This document shows, piece after piece, positions 1 through 16,400 of a stretch of 64,000 bases of DNA (position 1 is the stretch's first letter; each line of letters begins with the position of its first letter). The position numbers and the translations under genes were made by a program. The DNA comes from Podarcis erhardii. Taxonomy: Eukaryota. The notes beneath the pieces are model-generated. The model saw only the letters and a program-made list of their open reading frames with translations. It had not been told where the DNA came from and made no database searches. The stretch lies in the NCBI GenBank assembly GCA_964252035.1, contig OZ176214.1; one strand, written 5' to 3'.

Positions 1-1152
1 GGGAAAAACAGTAGTGTTCTTAGGAGGGAAACTAAGTTTCTTGTGATGATTTAGGCAGTCAAGGACATTGATCCCTAGCTAGCTTGCTGCTTGAAACTGC
101 AAACTGAGATGCCTACCTGTAAATGAATTAACACAGGTGTGGGGAACCTTTGGCCCTTCAGTTGCTGCTAAACTCTAACACCCATCAGCCAATGGCTAGG
201 GAGGATGATGGAAGTTGTAGTTCAGTATCTTCTGGAGTGGGTATTAGGTTTGTGTGTGCTCCCTGGCAACTCCTGTGCTGGTCTTTATCTTAAAGGGGCT
301 GGGAAATAGACAAAAGCCATTGCAGAAATGTACCAGGAGGAGAGAAACCCACCCACCACTCCTTCCTCAAAAAAGAACAACAGATAGATCGCTGGAGCAG
401 AAACTGCCTAAAGATTTCCCAACTCCAGCCTGGTCTGAGGGAGTTCCAATCTTGTGGATCAATATGCAAACCGTTTGTATAAGACAGACACTCTTCCTAC
501 CCAAAAGTCGAAACGAAGCCAGTGTTTTGTTTGTTCCATCAGTTTATTTAAAATAGAACTTGCTACTTTGAAAACTGGTTTCATTTGCATTTTTTTGCAC
601 ATCCCATCGTTAAATCAGCAGTTGCACATGAGCTATGTGTTGTTCTTAGCAGTTGGCCTATTACCCTTGGCTGATGTGTAGAGGCCCACTGCTGTTCTGA
701 AAAGCAGGTGCTGCAGCGGTTCCTGGACCAGAGGCAACAGGCTGCCCAAAACCAGGGGGGCATAAACTGCTTGGCTTGGGGGTTTGGGAGAAGAGCACAA
801 TACTAGACTCAAACATTGAGGAAACAAGTGATCAAGAGCCTCCAAGCAATAGGCACAGGCCTCTTATTATATTACCAGAAAGAAGTACTGGCACAATGAC
901 TGAAGCTCTCTGTACATTTCTGCTACCACTGATATGAGTAAAAAAATAACAATAGAGCATATGCTACTTAAAAGTATTATTAAAAGAACGTGGAATAATT
1001 TTCCTGTCAGCTTGCCAGCTATTTTCAATCATGGTACAGTCTAAAAACAAAAAAGTACAATCAAGCACACTAATTGTATCTAGCATATAAAGCCAACCAT
1101 CCTAAGCAGGCTATCTTAGCTGGCGATCAGCACTCTTTCCACCAGTCAGGAG

Positions 1153-1330
1153 CATAGCTGTCAACTTTCAGATTTGAAAATACGGGATCAGCAGCCTCGA
1201 CAATAAAAGATCAGCAGCCTCACCTGTCCCGGGGACAATCTACGGGATATCTAACAATCCGGAATAGCAGCGGGAAGCGGCGCTGGAATAAGGGAATTTC
1301 CCACAAAAAAGGGGAAGGTTGACAGCTATG
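1153..1330. mobile_element. hAT-type MITE, 178 bp, probably in the SLC31A1 3' UTR
   Basis: TIR catagctgtcaac/gttgacagctatg; perfect 8-bp TSD gtcaggag on both sides. Confidence 0.93.
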
Positions 1331-1524
1331 GTCAGGAGCCCATGTTTATTGGGAAGGAGGGGGAAATGGGGGGAGGGGGGAGTGAGAGGCACAGGTTTCA
1401 TCCCCAGAGAGTTTGGGGGGGGAGCATCACATGGGATGTTCTTGGCCTGGTTTCCAGTAAGACTGGGGCTGCACCTGGTCCCTGCCAGAGGCTGTAGGGA
1501 AAGGCCTGGACCCGTTGCCTGGTG

Positions 1525-4943
<3,419 letters not shown>

Positions 4944-7599
4944 TTTGACCCCCAAGGAAATAGAGGGCAGGGGATGCTGTAGAAGCCTGGAAGACACACA
5001 CAAAATAGAAGAAATTAAGAAGAAAGTACCTCTAAGAGGCATGCCTGTAGCTAATCTTAAGAAACTTGGCCCTTAGACCAAGCCTATGGATATTCTACAT
5101 AAACACTGGAATGTTCATTACTCTTTTAGTTTTTTTCGGAAAATCAAGTTTCCAGACCTCATAAGGATATGGAAGTCAGTTCTGGAAGATTGCGCAATGC
5201 AAGAACAGCTAACATGTATATACAGAAGTGCATTCATTAAAAGTGCTTTTTATTTATATTCCATCATTTTCCCCCTCTGCTCCACTGTATCTCACAACCA
5301 CTCTGAGGTTAGGCTGAAAGCTGGTGAGTGGCCCAAAGTCACCTGCAGCAGTAGTCTTCAACCTTTACAGACCTGGGACCCAACTTTAACTCAAGCATAC
5401 ATTTGGGGACCCAGTTCTTTCTCTCCCCCCCCCCATATGGTGATGCTGCTACAGCCTACTTTAGATGAGGCCATGAACCAGTAGTGGCTTGGTTCAGGGG
5501 TGGCTCGTGGGTCGGTTAAACGACCCCCATGGGCCTTAGGTTGCCGACCCCTGACCAATACTATAATGGACAGAGCAGTACAAGGCTATCCCATTCAGCT
5601 CTCCCAGCTGTGAAGGGCAACGAGCCCATGGAAGAGTCCCTTAGCAGCTTGGCAGAAGGAACTGGCATTTAAGAACTGGAGAAGGAAGGGGTGCCAGAGG
5701 GTACATAAAAGCATGTAGCAGGCCAGGAACTATTCCATAATAATTTCCAAGGCTGCCATAGACATAGTAGAGCAAACATGGGACTGCCCCACCAAACTCA
5801 GTCTACCCTCTGCCAGCCCCAGCCTGCCTCGTTACTTACATCCAGCCCAGACTCCTCCGCTTAGTCTCAGTGTTGCCCTTGTAGAACTCAGCAGGTGGGA
5901 GAACGCTGGAATAAAATTCACTCTGCCTGTCAGTGATTCAGGCTCCACCTACTGATGTTCTTCATAACATTGGCCCACCAGGCCCAATGAGCACCATCCT
6001 ACACTGCACAGACACATAGAGGACCAAAGGGAACCTGGTCACCTTGTGGCCAGACCTACAATTCTATGACGCAACAGGGAGCAGGAATAAGCAAAAATGG
6101 ACATGCTTTTTATCAAATATCTGCTTGGGAACTGCAGGAGCTATCCACAAACATCTACAAAGATAACTTTGTTGTCACAGGTTTAATTGTGCTACAAGCC
6201 CTATTTTAAATTACATCAACTCAAAAGTCAAATGCATGGAAACTTTCCCCTCTAATTGGCAACTGGACATTTTTATGGGGAACAGATCTCTACAGTCACA
6301 TTAGGTGAAGGTGTTGTCCAGCAGCAGAAAAGGACATCGGCTGCCCCCAGCCATCTAGTCCCCGTTGCCAGAGCAACAGCCTCCCCCATGTCTTCATAAT
6401 TGAATGAAGCGGGAGATGGTTAAGTGCACAGAAGGCTGGATTGAAATCTTTTTAATCTCATTGCCATGGATAATCAAATAGTCTCCAGGGAAAGAGAGAG
6501 AAAATGTGGCTGCCCACCATTCAAGGTGTAGGTGCTTCCACAGGAGGAAAAGTGGTAAGAAATCCAAGCAAGGAGATGTTTAAAGGTTTACCATATAATG
6601 ATCCAAACCATATAGTACAGTAGTTTGGAACTGTAAAGAAGGTACTTTACATGTACTGTAAGGAAGCTATTAATGATGAACACTGGACACAAACTCCTGC
6701 CCCCCCTTTTTCTCAGAGTCAGGAAAACTCAGCTAGATAAGGGGGATTTATGGTTTATAATGCCATGGCACTTCCAAGGAGTAACATATTTGGGGAGTGG
6801 GGCAGGAAGAGAGCCATGTCCTTTCTCAAAGGAGCTCACAGCCTAAATTTCAACAGAGAGTCAAGAATAACAAGGAATGAATATTATCAAACTCTACCAC
6901 ATGTAGGCTTTGTTTCAATTGGGGATGAGGACTTTCAGGGAATAAAGCAGAAGATTGACTCCAAGGAAAGTTATGAAGGAAGAAATGGATTGGTGGTGCC
7001 AGCGATTTTATATGTGTAAACCAGGAATGGGGAACCAGATAGTGGGCACCCCACTATCTTCCTGAGTTTTCCTCTTGAGATATGTTGTGAACTGCTCTGA
7101 GACCTCCGGGTATAGGACGGTGTATAAGTTGAATAAATAATAAAAATAATAATATGTCAGGCACCTGCCACCTGTACTTTCCAGAAACAATTGAAGACTG
7201 TTTGTTTTCATCTTTGTTTCAACAAGAGGAAAAGGTCTCTGCCTAGGTGTTCATCCTGTGTTGATTTTAAACCTATACACAGTTGTTCTACTGCTTTTAA
7301 AATTATTTAAACCGGTTTTAAGAATGTGTCCACAAATCACCTTGCAACGTTAATCCACAGATTAATAAATAAATACTTACCTGTGGCCCTCTAGATGCTG
7401 TTGGACTACAGCTCTTACCATCCCTGCCTATTAAGTTGATGGGGAATCCAATAACATCAGGAGGGCCACAGAATCCCTATGCATGGGGCAAACCAAGCAG
7501 TCTCCCAAGTAGGGCAAAAACAAGGGCGGAAGCTATGGTAAAAGGTTGGAATGTTACAGGATCCAACCCAGCTCTGAATGACTTTCAATATGGTGATGG

Positions 7600-8015
7600 C
7601 AGCAGTAGTAGTAGTGAGGCCCTCGGTCCCACCACCCTCACAGGCATGCTTGGTACAAACATGGGAAACGGCATCCTCGGTGTCTGCTCCCAGACTTTGG
7701 AACTCCCTCCCTAGAGAAGCTGGACTGGCTCTCTCCTTGCTGTCCTTCTGCCAGCAGGTGATGACCTTCTTGTTCCAACAGGCTTGGGGGAATTGACTGC
7801 TTTTAATGAAGGTCTGGTGCTGTGCTGTTTTTATTGCAAATATTGATATGGTTTTAATAGATTTTATATATGTATACATTTTTTATTTTATTGTTTAGTT
7901 GTTTTTAATTACGGTCTTTTCTATGTTTTTAACCCTTCTTGTTATTTATCTGTAAGTTGCCTTGCATAACGTCAGGCAAAAAGGTGGGTATCAAATAAGA
8001 ATATACAATAATAAT
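7600..8015 (+). mobile_element. L2-type LINE 3' end
   Basis: ..SAPRLWNSLP.. remnant followed by a T-rich tail ending in aataataat. Confidence 0.7.
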
Positions 8016-9866
8016 AGTAAGTAACTTAAGCTGATGTGTGGCGAGAGCCTCTTTCCTGCCCCACAAACATGCCAAGGCCCACACCTTACACAGCAATACC
8101 AGATGCTCAGAGATTTTCCAGCCACTGCAAAAGGAGATCCCTGCACAACATAGCCAGTCAAGTGAAACAGCAGAGCTGCAGCCCCCAAAGCAAAGTGTGC
8201 GGTTCTTTGACAGGAAGCCAGTGGCTCAGCCTGAAAGCACCTTATTGTCTGCCGCAGGCAGGACTCCCGAGCAGCCTGGGCAACCCAAGTGAATCCTGGC
8301 AGCTGAATCTCAGGGCAGGGAGGGGCTCCACCTCTCGGCACTGCTCTGAACATTAGCATAAATGATGAAAAAGCATGAAGATCAAGAGCTGAATGTGTTC
8401 CAGTGCTAGGCAACCTCCTCCGCTAGAAGCGCACACCATGTACTCACATGCATATTAAAGGGCTGTGTATAGCTCCAAGTTTGCAACTTTAAATATAGAA
8501 ACTGGTCCTTGAAAGGCTGTAGCCTGGTGCAGAGCACACACTTTACATGCAAAGGATCTCATAGAGCCATTGAGCTTGAAGGAATCTCTAGTCTAACACT
8601 TCGTAAATGTAGTACTACATACAGGGAGTCTGATAGATGTCCATCAAACCTCCGCTTACAGTCTGTCTCACTGCCCAACAGATTGTAACATAAGGGTTTT
8701 TCCTAGTGTTTATGTCAGAGACGGGAAACTAGTCTACAGCTGTTATTGGACTACAATGCTCATCATCCCTGGTTACTGTCTGGGCTGGCAGGGGCTGGTG
8801 GGAACTGGAGACCAACACTACCCAGAGTGCCAGAGGTTTCCCATCCCCAGTCTAAATAATTTTTCTTCCAATTTGAACCCACTGGTTCAGGTTTATTCTC
8901 TCTGAATTTTGTCAACATATAAGTGGTATTTTGCAGCCAATGTAGTTATGTTTAACATGTCCCACTGAACTTTTTTTTGTAAAAAGAAAGAAAGAACCAA
9001 ATTGGAGGTTCTGCTCCTTGTCCCATTTGGGAAAATCAGCTACAAAGGTACCCATGACAGAGCCTTTTCTTTCATTTATTGAAAACTTTGTTTCAATGGT
9101 GCTTTGGCTGTTGCTACATGACTTTTAACTTCTTTTTTAGATTCAGTTTTACCTGCCTGAGTCTTAAAAATATTCCTATTTTATGAAGATTATTTATGCT
9201 TTTACAACACAAATCCCAGGCACGTAAGCCCTAGGAGGCACAAGATTGCAGCCTTAATATCTTTTTTTTCTTCATTTTGTAGCATGATTAGGGGGGGAAG
9301 TGTGGGGTAAATATTATTATTAATTGCATTTATTCATTACTTTCTACAAAAAATGTCTCAGAAGCAACTTACAAAAATATAAAAATATCCAACAGGTCAT
9401 AAATCATTTAAAACAATGGGTTGCACTCGATTAAGTTGGGTAGACCCGCTGAGATTAATAAACCTAAGTTAGGCATCTCCATTAATTTCAATTGGTCTAC
9501 TCTGGATGGTGCCCTGCACGCCTCCTTCTGGTAACTCCTGCAGCCAAGCTGGTGCCAAACGTATTACTTTGCGTTCCTTTGGACAACATCAGCAAGGCTG
9601 AGAGGTGATTCTTATTGTCTGGGCAGCCCAGGATCTCCATATACACTGCCCGGGCTTACACCGTGGAGAGGTCACTTTGGTGCTGCTAACACAGTGGTTT
9701 GACTTTACCCCCAGAGATGAACTCAGTTGTCTCTTGAGATAGACAGATACCAACAACAACTCCTGGCAGATCTTGGAGAGCTTGTAGTTCGAGTGAATTG
9801 GACTGAAATAGACACAGTGTCTGGAGTTCAAAGATTTTATTAATGCAAAAGCAGGTTTATCTTGGC

Positions 9867-9868
<2 letters not shown>

Positions 9869-9904
<36 letters not shown>
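9869..9904. repeat. (GA)n microsatellite
   Basis: Read directly. Confidence 0.97.
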
Positions 9905-9906
<2 letters not shown>

Positions 9907-12803
9907 CAAATATCTTGCCTCAACAAGTTGGGAGAGAGAAAACAAAATGGCTCAGCTTGTAGGGGGCAGAATTAACTTAGAGAGGATACAGGCAAGTGCT
10001 GGCTAGATTGCTGGACAAACAGTGCCCTCGTGTAACAAAGGACCTAGAATCTCAGAATAATCAAGTGTATTTGCTTTTTTCCAATAGGCCAAACATTGGA
10101 TACAACCTTATATACATAGAATAAGAATACAGTAAAAAAAATGCCTATAGGTGTCCATCCAACAAAAATAAAAACAACAAATCCTACCCCACCCCACTAG
10201 AAGATGAACACAAAAAAATCCCAGATTATAAATTGATCTAAGTGTGATCTAAATTAAAACCAAAAACTTGAGCAAACAGGCTCAGCGCCCCAAAGCTGAC
10301 AATGTTGGCACCAGGCCAAAACCAATCAAATATCCAGTGGACAAAGTGTCCTGCTCAGATCTCACTCCTTCCTCAGGACCAGCAGAATCAGAACAATTTT
10401 TTTAAAAAAAATTAAATAAATTTTGCTTATCTTATACAGGACATGTAAACCACCTAAAGCAGCACCCCCCCACACACTTCAATAGCAAAACTGCAGGGGA
10501 GTTAGAAAACCTGTTTTACAACACAGCCCATCAGCTGTTCAAACGGGAAAAGTCCTACTGGGTCTAAGGAAACACTTGGGCGAGTCTAAGTAGGGCTTTG
10601 GATTTCAGCCGACAATGCGCAGCTGCAAAAATAGATTTGAACCAAAACCCTTAAGATCAAAAAATAATAACTGAGTGGCTAACAAGCTTTACTGCAATGG
10701 TTAATCCAATGGTTAACAGCAAAATCTCTTAAATCAAAACACTACACTGCTAAAGAGATTATAGCACCAGGAAGCTTCCCTCCTCCAACATGTACATGTT
10801 CAAGGAAGCACAAATCAAAATGACTTTCCCTCTCACCCAACACTTACAGATGCAGAGCACTTACAAATGTAGAATACAATATATTTTTTTAATTCAACAC
10901 ACACATATCCCTCTGCCCTTTAATCACTGCCCTCAGGTCTTCCCAGAAGAACAAGAGTTAAACATCACACTTCTTGGGTTTCCATTGTGACCAGGTTGTT
11001 CAACACACACATAACCTTTTCCTTCCCCACCAGATCCCAGATTTGGAAAAATAGCAGCCGTCCAATGAGGCAGATAACAAATGGTTTGCCACACTGGGAT
11101 GTTCCCATCTTGCAGCAATTCCACACGAGCAGACAATGCTTGTTAGGAACGCTCTCCAGATTGTAGTGAGATACAGCCACTATTTCTGGTGCTCTGATCC
11201 ATCCCATAAGCAGACAGCAGATAGTCCACAGCTCAGACATACATATGTAAATTATTCCCCTTCTATCTCCCAGGACAAATGATATAAACTTCAAACAAAT
11301 GCTGGGGAGCATCTAATTAGCCCTGTCTCCTTGTGAACGGGAAAAGATTCCCTGCTACACATGCAGAGTTAGAAATAACAGCCAATACATACAGGTGAGG
11401 CAGAAGCTGGCAGGTAAACACAGTGTTAGGGATTCTTACCTCTGAGCCAAGCTCTTTTCAGACTAACCTTTTGCCCGCTAAAGGGAGATGAGGGACCCCA
11501 GAGCTGTTTATTCACACACTCTCTTGCCAACTGCAATGGATACTCTTAATCTCAACATCATAAGACCAGAATGCTGCTCCCAGTTTATTCAATTTCCTGA
11601 CATCCTTTTGCAAATATTAACCACTTCCTTTCCAAAGTAAATACTACCACATTTCAAGCCCTGAACCTCAGCAGTTTGCAAAAAGGAGTTGTTGAGGGGA
11701 AGAATATTTATGGAAAGAGTCACAACAGGATTCGATCCAAGTGTTTGCCCACACTTCCACAAATATTCAGAGAAATGGCGAGCAAAGAGCTGTTGAATTT
11801 TATATCCAGACACACACAACTCATATGTTCAGTCTCCTCCTCTTCTCCTTTTAAAAACAAACAAACAAACAAACAACCTCATTATCTCGCTCCTTCCTTC
11901 CCCTTATCACTGCCTCTGTTTGGTTGTAAACCTTTGCTCTCTGTGCTTACGCTGCTCTTCCCTGCCCCCTCCCTGAGTTGCATTATTTTTCAAATTTGGG
12001 TTGCAAACCAGGCTCATTTGACACACAGGCTGATTTATGGCTTAGGATTTACTGGGTCTGTGACTGAATAATAAAATATGTATTGGTGGCTTATGACAAA
12101 CTATGTACAACACCATGTCCATTGCCCAGGCTGGTGGCAGGCTGTATTACTAGGAGAACACATATGGAGAGATGATGGAGCAGCCATATTTATTTATTCA
12201 TAGGACTGCAATGTTCATGGGTAAAATGGAAGAATGGGAGGGTCTGCTTTGCTCCCTCAAAGGAGTTCACGGCTAAAGGGAAGCTGAATCTTGTCTCACC
12301 TTCCGTCCTATCCTGACTGAAAACTATAATCAAGCTAGGCTGGGGAGATAAGTGGCAGGGTACATGAAAGGTCAGAATAGGGAGAGGTTTGGAAGGGAGA
12401 TGCAGGTCTGGGCTTGAGCCAAATTTTTCTTGGGGGATATATTTGGTGCAGAATTTCAGAATGCTCAAGTGTCATGGAATATGGGGAGAGGGGAGACATC
12501 TCACCAAGATATTCTCCAAGAGACCTCTCTAAACCCTTTTTTCACATTATTTCACTTCCTCTTTTTGGCTAGGGAAAAATTATCTCACTGGCTATGTCAT
12601 CCAGGCAATCAACGATCATATAACCAATATGACAACAACATCATGGCAACAGATTTGGTTCTGCAATAGCATCATTAAACCAAATCAAAGTGAGGCCAAT
12701 GCTTCCCACCCTCAAACCAAATGGAGGAAATTTTTGCCCTATATTCCAGTGCCCCCACCTCAAATACTTATTGCTGCATTTGTGAATGTGAGTATATACA
12801 GTA

Positions 12804-13416
12804 CCGTATTTTTCCGTGTATTGGACGAGGTTTTTTGACTCAAAAATCACGTCAAAAAACTGGGGTTGTCCAATACATGGATAGTGGATTCGGGGGGGGG
12901 GGGAGAAGTGGCGTGCCGCCAGCCAGCTTGTTGGCGGGAGCGCAGCTTCCCCCGATGCCACAGCAAGCAGGGAGCGACCTGGGGGGTGTTTCCTGCCTGC
13001 AGCTACATGGGGGCCGGAGAAGCTGCGCACCACCAGCCAGCTCGTTGGAGGGAGTGCAGCTTCCCCCGCTGCCGCTGCGTGCGGTGGGTGCTCCCTGGAT
13101 TGTTTCCCCCAATGCCACTGCGTGCGGTGGGTGCTCCCTGGATTGTTTCCCCCAATGCCACTGCGTGCGGTGGGCGCTCCCTGGATTGTTTCCCACAAGC
13201 AGCAGCACTGGAGCGCAATGGCTGATGGGAGCGCAAATTCCCCCCCCCCCCCATGCTGCTGCGCATGGGAAACTAGAAAGTGTTTCCTGCCCCCGGCTGC
13301 GTGGGGGAGAGGCTCAACAACTTTGGGCCATCTGCCCTCATTTTCCTAAAATTGAGTCCCCTAATATGGGGGGGGGGTCTTATATACGGGGGTGTCCTAT
13401 AGACGGAAAAATATGG
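12804..13416. mobile_element. TA-flanked Tc1/mariner(pogo)-type MITE with internal 43-bp tandem repeats
   Basis: TIR ccgtatttttccgt/acggaaaaatatgg with TA on both sides; 43-bp unit starts at 13075, 13118 and 13161. Confidence 0.82.
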
Positions 13417-16400
13417 TAGCATTCACAAGGGGTGATTGTTTCCCATGAAATATGCTTTTCCATTTCAGCTGTGTATTAGATGTGGACTAATAGGACAGTA
13501 CAGAGGCATGACCTTGTGAGTAATTTCTTATAGCGGCACACTACTTCTATTTGGCCTTTTGTATGTGTGCATGCACATTTATGCAGCTAGAGACCAAGTT
13601 CCATGGGCAGGAAATTGAAGCTTGCCACCCTGCTATTGGCTATTCTAAAAGCTTGAAATCAGCTGCCAGCCCAGAAAGTATTTATGATGGGCCAATTATC
13701 ACAGCAACAACATACTTGACAGGCAAGTCACACCCAACTGCATTGAGACAATCTAGAGGTCTACATTCACCGGAGGTACAGGTTTTACAACTTATCCTGC
13801 CAATGAGGTTATCTTTAAGCTTTAAAAAGAAGTTAATACTATTAGGTTCATGTTTCTGCATGTTTATAATCATGAAGTTGATAAGGATTTTGCCCAATTG
13901 TGTTTGTTTTGTTTAATGTCTCTCCCACACTCCAATCCCACACTTGACAATTTTGCTATTTTTAGCGCAGATTCAAGTATTTGGAGAGCACTGCCTCTAC
14001 TCCTGTGAACCTGAGGTCAGGGGTCAGAACACAGAAGCTCATGAGAGTTCAGAGGTGGCTTATAGCTTCTCTAATGTGTGATGCAGCTCAGATTCAATTC
14101 TGAAGATAGTCTCCCACACAAGTGTTTTCTCACTTAATCCTTCTATAACTGAGATGAGGGACCTGTGGTCCAACAATATGGGATGATCATGGGAGTTATG
14201 GTGCAATATGTGGAGAACCAGAGGTTCTTGCACCTCTGCTCTGGAAAATTGGAGTTTCCCCTTGAGATCAGATCAAGGTCCACCTAGTTCAGACCTCCTC
14301 ATCTAACAGTATTCCAAAGAAGATCACAAGTAGTTACTGGAGACAACAACCTATCCCCAAATCCCCTTTTTATTCTCCATATAATGCTATCCTGGCAATG
14401 TGGCACACAACCTTAAAAAGACAACAAAGACTGAACTGGCCACAGTCCCAATATTAACCCCTAATTTCTTCCAAACCTCAAAGGCAACTGGTCTGTATAT
14501 TTTGCTTCATAGCTGCAATTAGCTCATTGTCAGCAAATAATTCCTCTTCCTCTCCCAGGTGGATGAGAATTAGTACATCCTACAGCAAAGTGTTCCCCAG
14601 ACAGCAAAAAATACTGTTGTGTTTTCTTCCGATCTAAGACACAACCAATCTAAGACACAGCAGAAGCTCCTCCTCCTCATCTGCTCACATCGGAAGAGGT
14701 AGCGGATTCAGACATTACAGTGCAGCACCACATACTCTACTCTCTAAACAATAAGCGAGCACTGCAGCAATCTTTCCTTCCTAGCCCAGGGGATCATTGA
14801 GGGTAGGATGCTGCATTCACTCTTCCCATTTGGGAAGAATAAGCACAAACCAGGCAGGAAGAAAGAGGACAAAAAAGAACAATATCTGACTTCTTGAAAC
14901 CAAAAAAGGCCAGGCTTTTCAGGCCACACACCAAGATGTTCAGCACCAAAGAGTGTGCTTAACATTTGAGAGAAACATAGGATACTTTCTTATACAAAGT
15001 CAGAACATGCAGAAGCTCCCCAGACTTTTGGACTGAGGTCTCTCTGAGCCCTACCTGAAGATGCCTGCTACTGAGCTACAGCCCTTCCTCAGACAGTCTC
15101 CTCCCAGAGAGGAGCCTGTGTAATGTGCAAGGTGGACCCAGGTAAGCAATAAAGCCATGCGAACCACACCAAAGGGCCCAGAGCAATATTGTAAGAGATT
15201 CAAACCCCTCTTCCCTCAGCAGATCATCACTATTATTTCCTGGGAGAACTTAAAGAGGCACAGGCTGGTACACTAATGACCATATCAAGGCAAGAATCTA
15301 GGTTACAGGAAGAAAAGCACCAGGGAAACTGGCTCCTGCTGAAGGAGCAATTTTATTTCCTGAAACCCCGCAGATATTTTGCAAACTCAATACTGTTGTT
15401 CATGAGGTGACAAGAGAATGGACATTGTGCCCTTGCACAATGTAAGACTTACCGTACTAGGGGAAACAATACCTCTGTACCTCTCCTCTGACTAAGCCTT
15501 TAGATTAGAATGTCATTGTAAAGGAATTGCTGCCACTATTATTTACAGCTATTGCAACAGGCTGTAATGATCCAATTGGCAAGCTCCACCCTCAAGTCCA
15601 TTGCCCGTGCCTGACCCCAAAAAAGATGGTAAACCTGCTTACAGTGGGGTTCTGCCAAAAGTCACTGCAGCATCAAAAGAAAACAGGAGCAATGGTTTTG
15701 GTCCCGTGCCCCCCATCCTCCAAAGAAGCACTGCAACCCTTTGGCTACAGGCAACTGTTGTGCAACTTTGAACTCTAGAACAGCACCCAACTTTGTCTTG
15801 GCATGATAAGGCCAGAGGGCTGGCAGATTAGAGCCTTTGATGCAATTCCATTGCTTGCTGGGACAGGTATCTGTGGGGGCCAACAGCCAGGAGCAGTGAA
15901 TAGTAGGTACCTCCTATGAACCATCACTATTGCCAGTGAAATCTGGATGGAGGACAACATAACGGAAGATAGTGTGTTCTGACAGTTTACAGAAAAGTCA
16001 GAAACATAAGGAGGACAAATGGGGCAAGGTGGGAGAAATGAGGCATGAAGTTCCATTCAGAGTTGAATGGCAAAGTACCCCCACAACATCTTATACATTT
16101 TGTACAGCAAGAACATAGGATTGAACCAGACCATTGGTCCATCTAATTCAATACTGTCTACCCTGACTGGCAGTGGATCTCTAGGGGTTTAGGCAGAGCT
16201 CTCTCCTAACCTTAACTTGGAGGTACTGCTAGAGATTGAACCTGGGATTTTCTGCATGCAAAACCAATGCTTTCCCACTCAGCTATGACCCTATCCTGTG
16301 CTGTAAAGACTCAACATTAAACACAGTCAAATGTATGCAAACCCATTCTTTATTTTAGTATAGCACATAGCAATTGTAGGGATCATCAGGTTTCAAAACC

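Noticed and set aside
1-1524. CDC26 3' end, and an SLC31A1 poly(A) site (AATAAA on - at 543-548)
   Set aside because: No CDC26-like codons seen; the hexamer lacks a convincing downstream GU-rich element, so the 3' end is not called.
7376-7384. Perfect minus-strand donor CAG|GTAAGT in CTR1 intron 1
   Set aside because: At the edge of a short repeat, with no convincing matching acceptor.
13075-13196. 43-bp direct repeats resembling a CRISPR array
   Set aside because: Head-to-tail with no unique spacers, inside a transposon, in a vertebrate genome.
12641-13419. Overlapping 118-232 aa ORFs on both strands
   Set aside because: They arise from the GC-rich, stop-poor MITE interior with 43-bp repeats.
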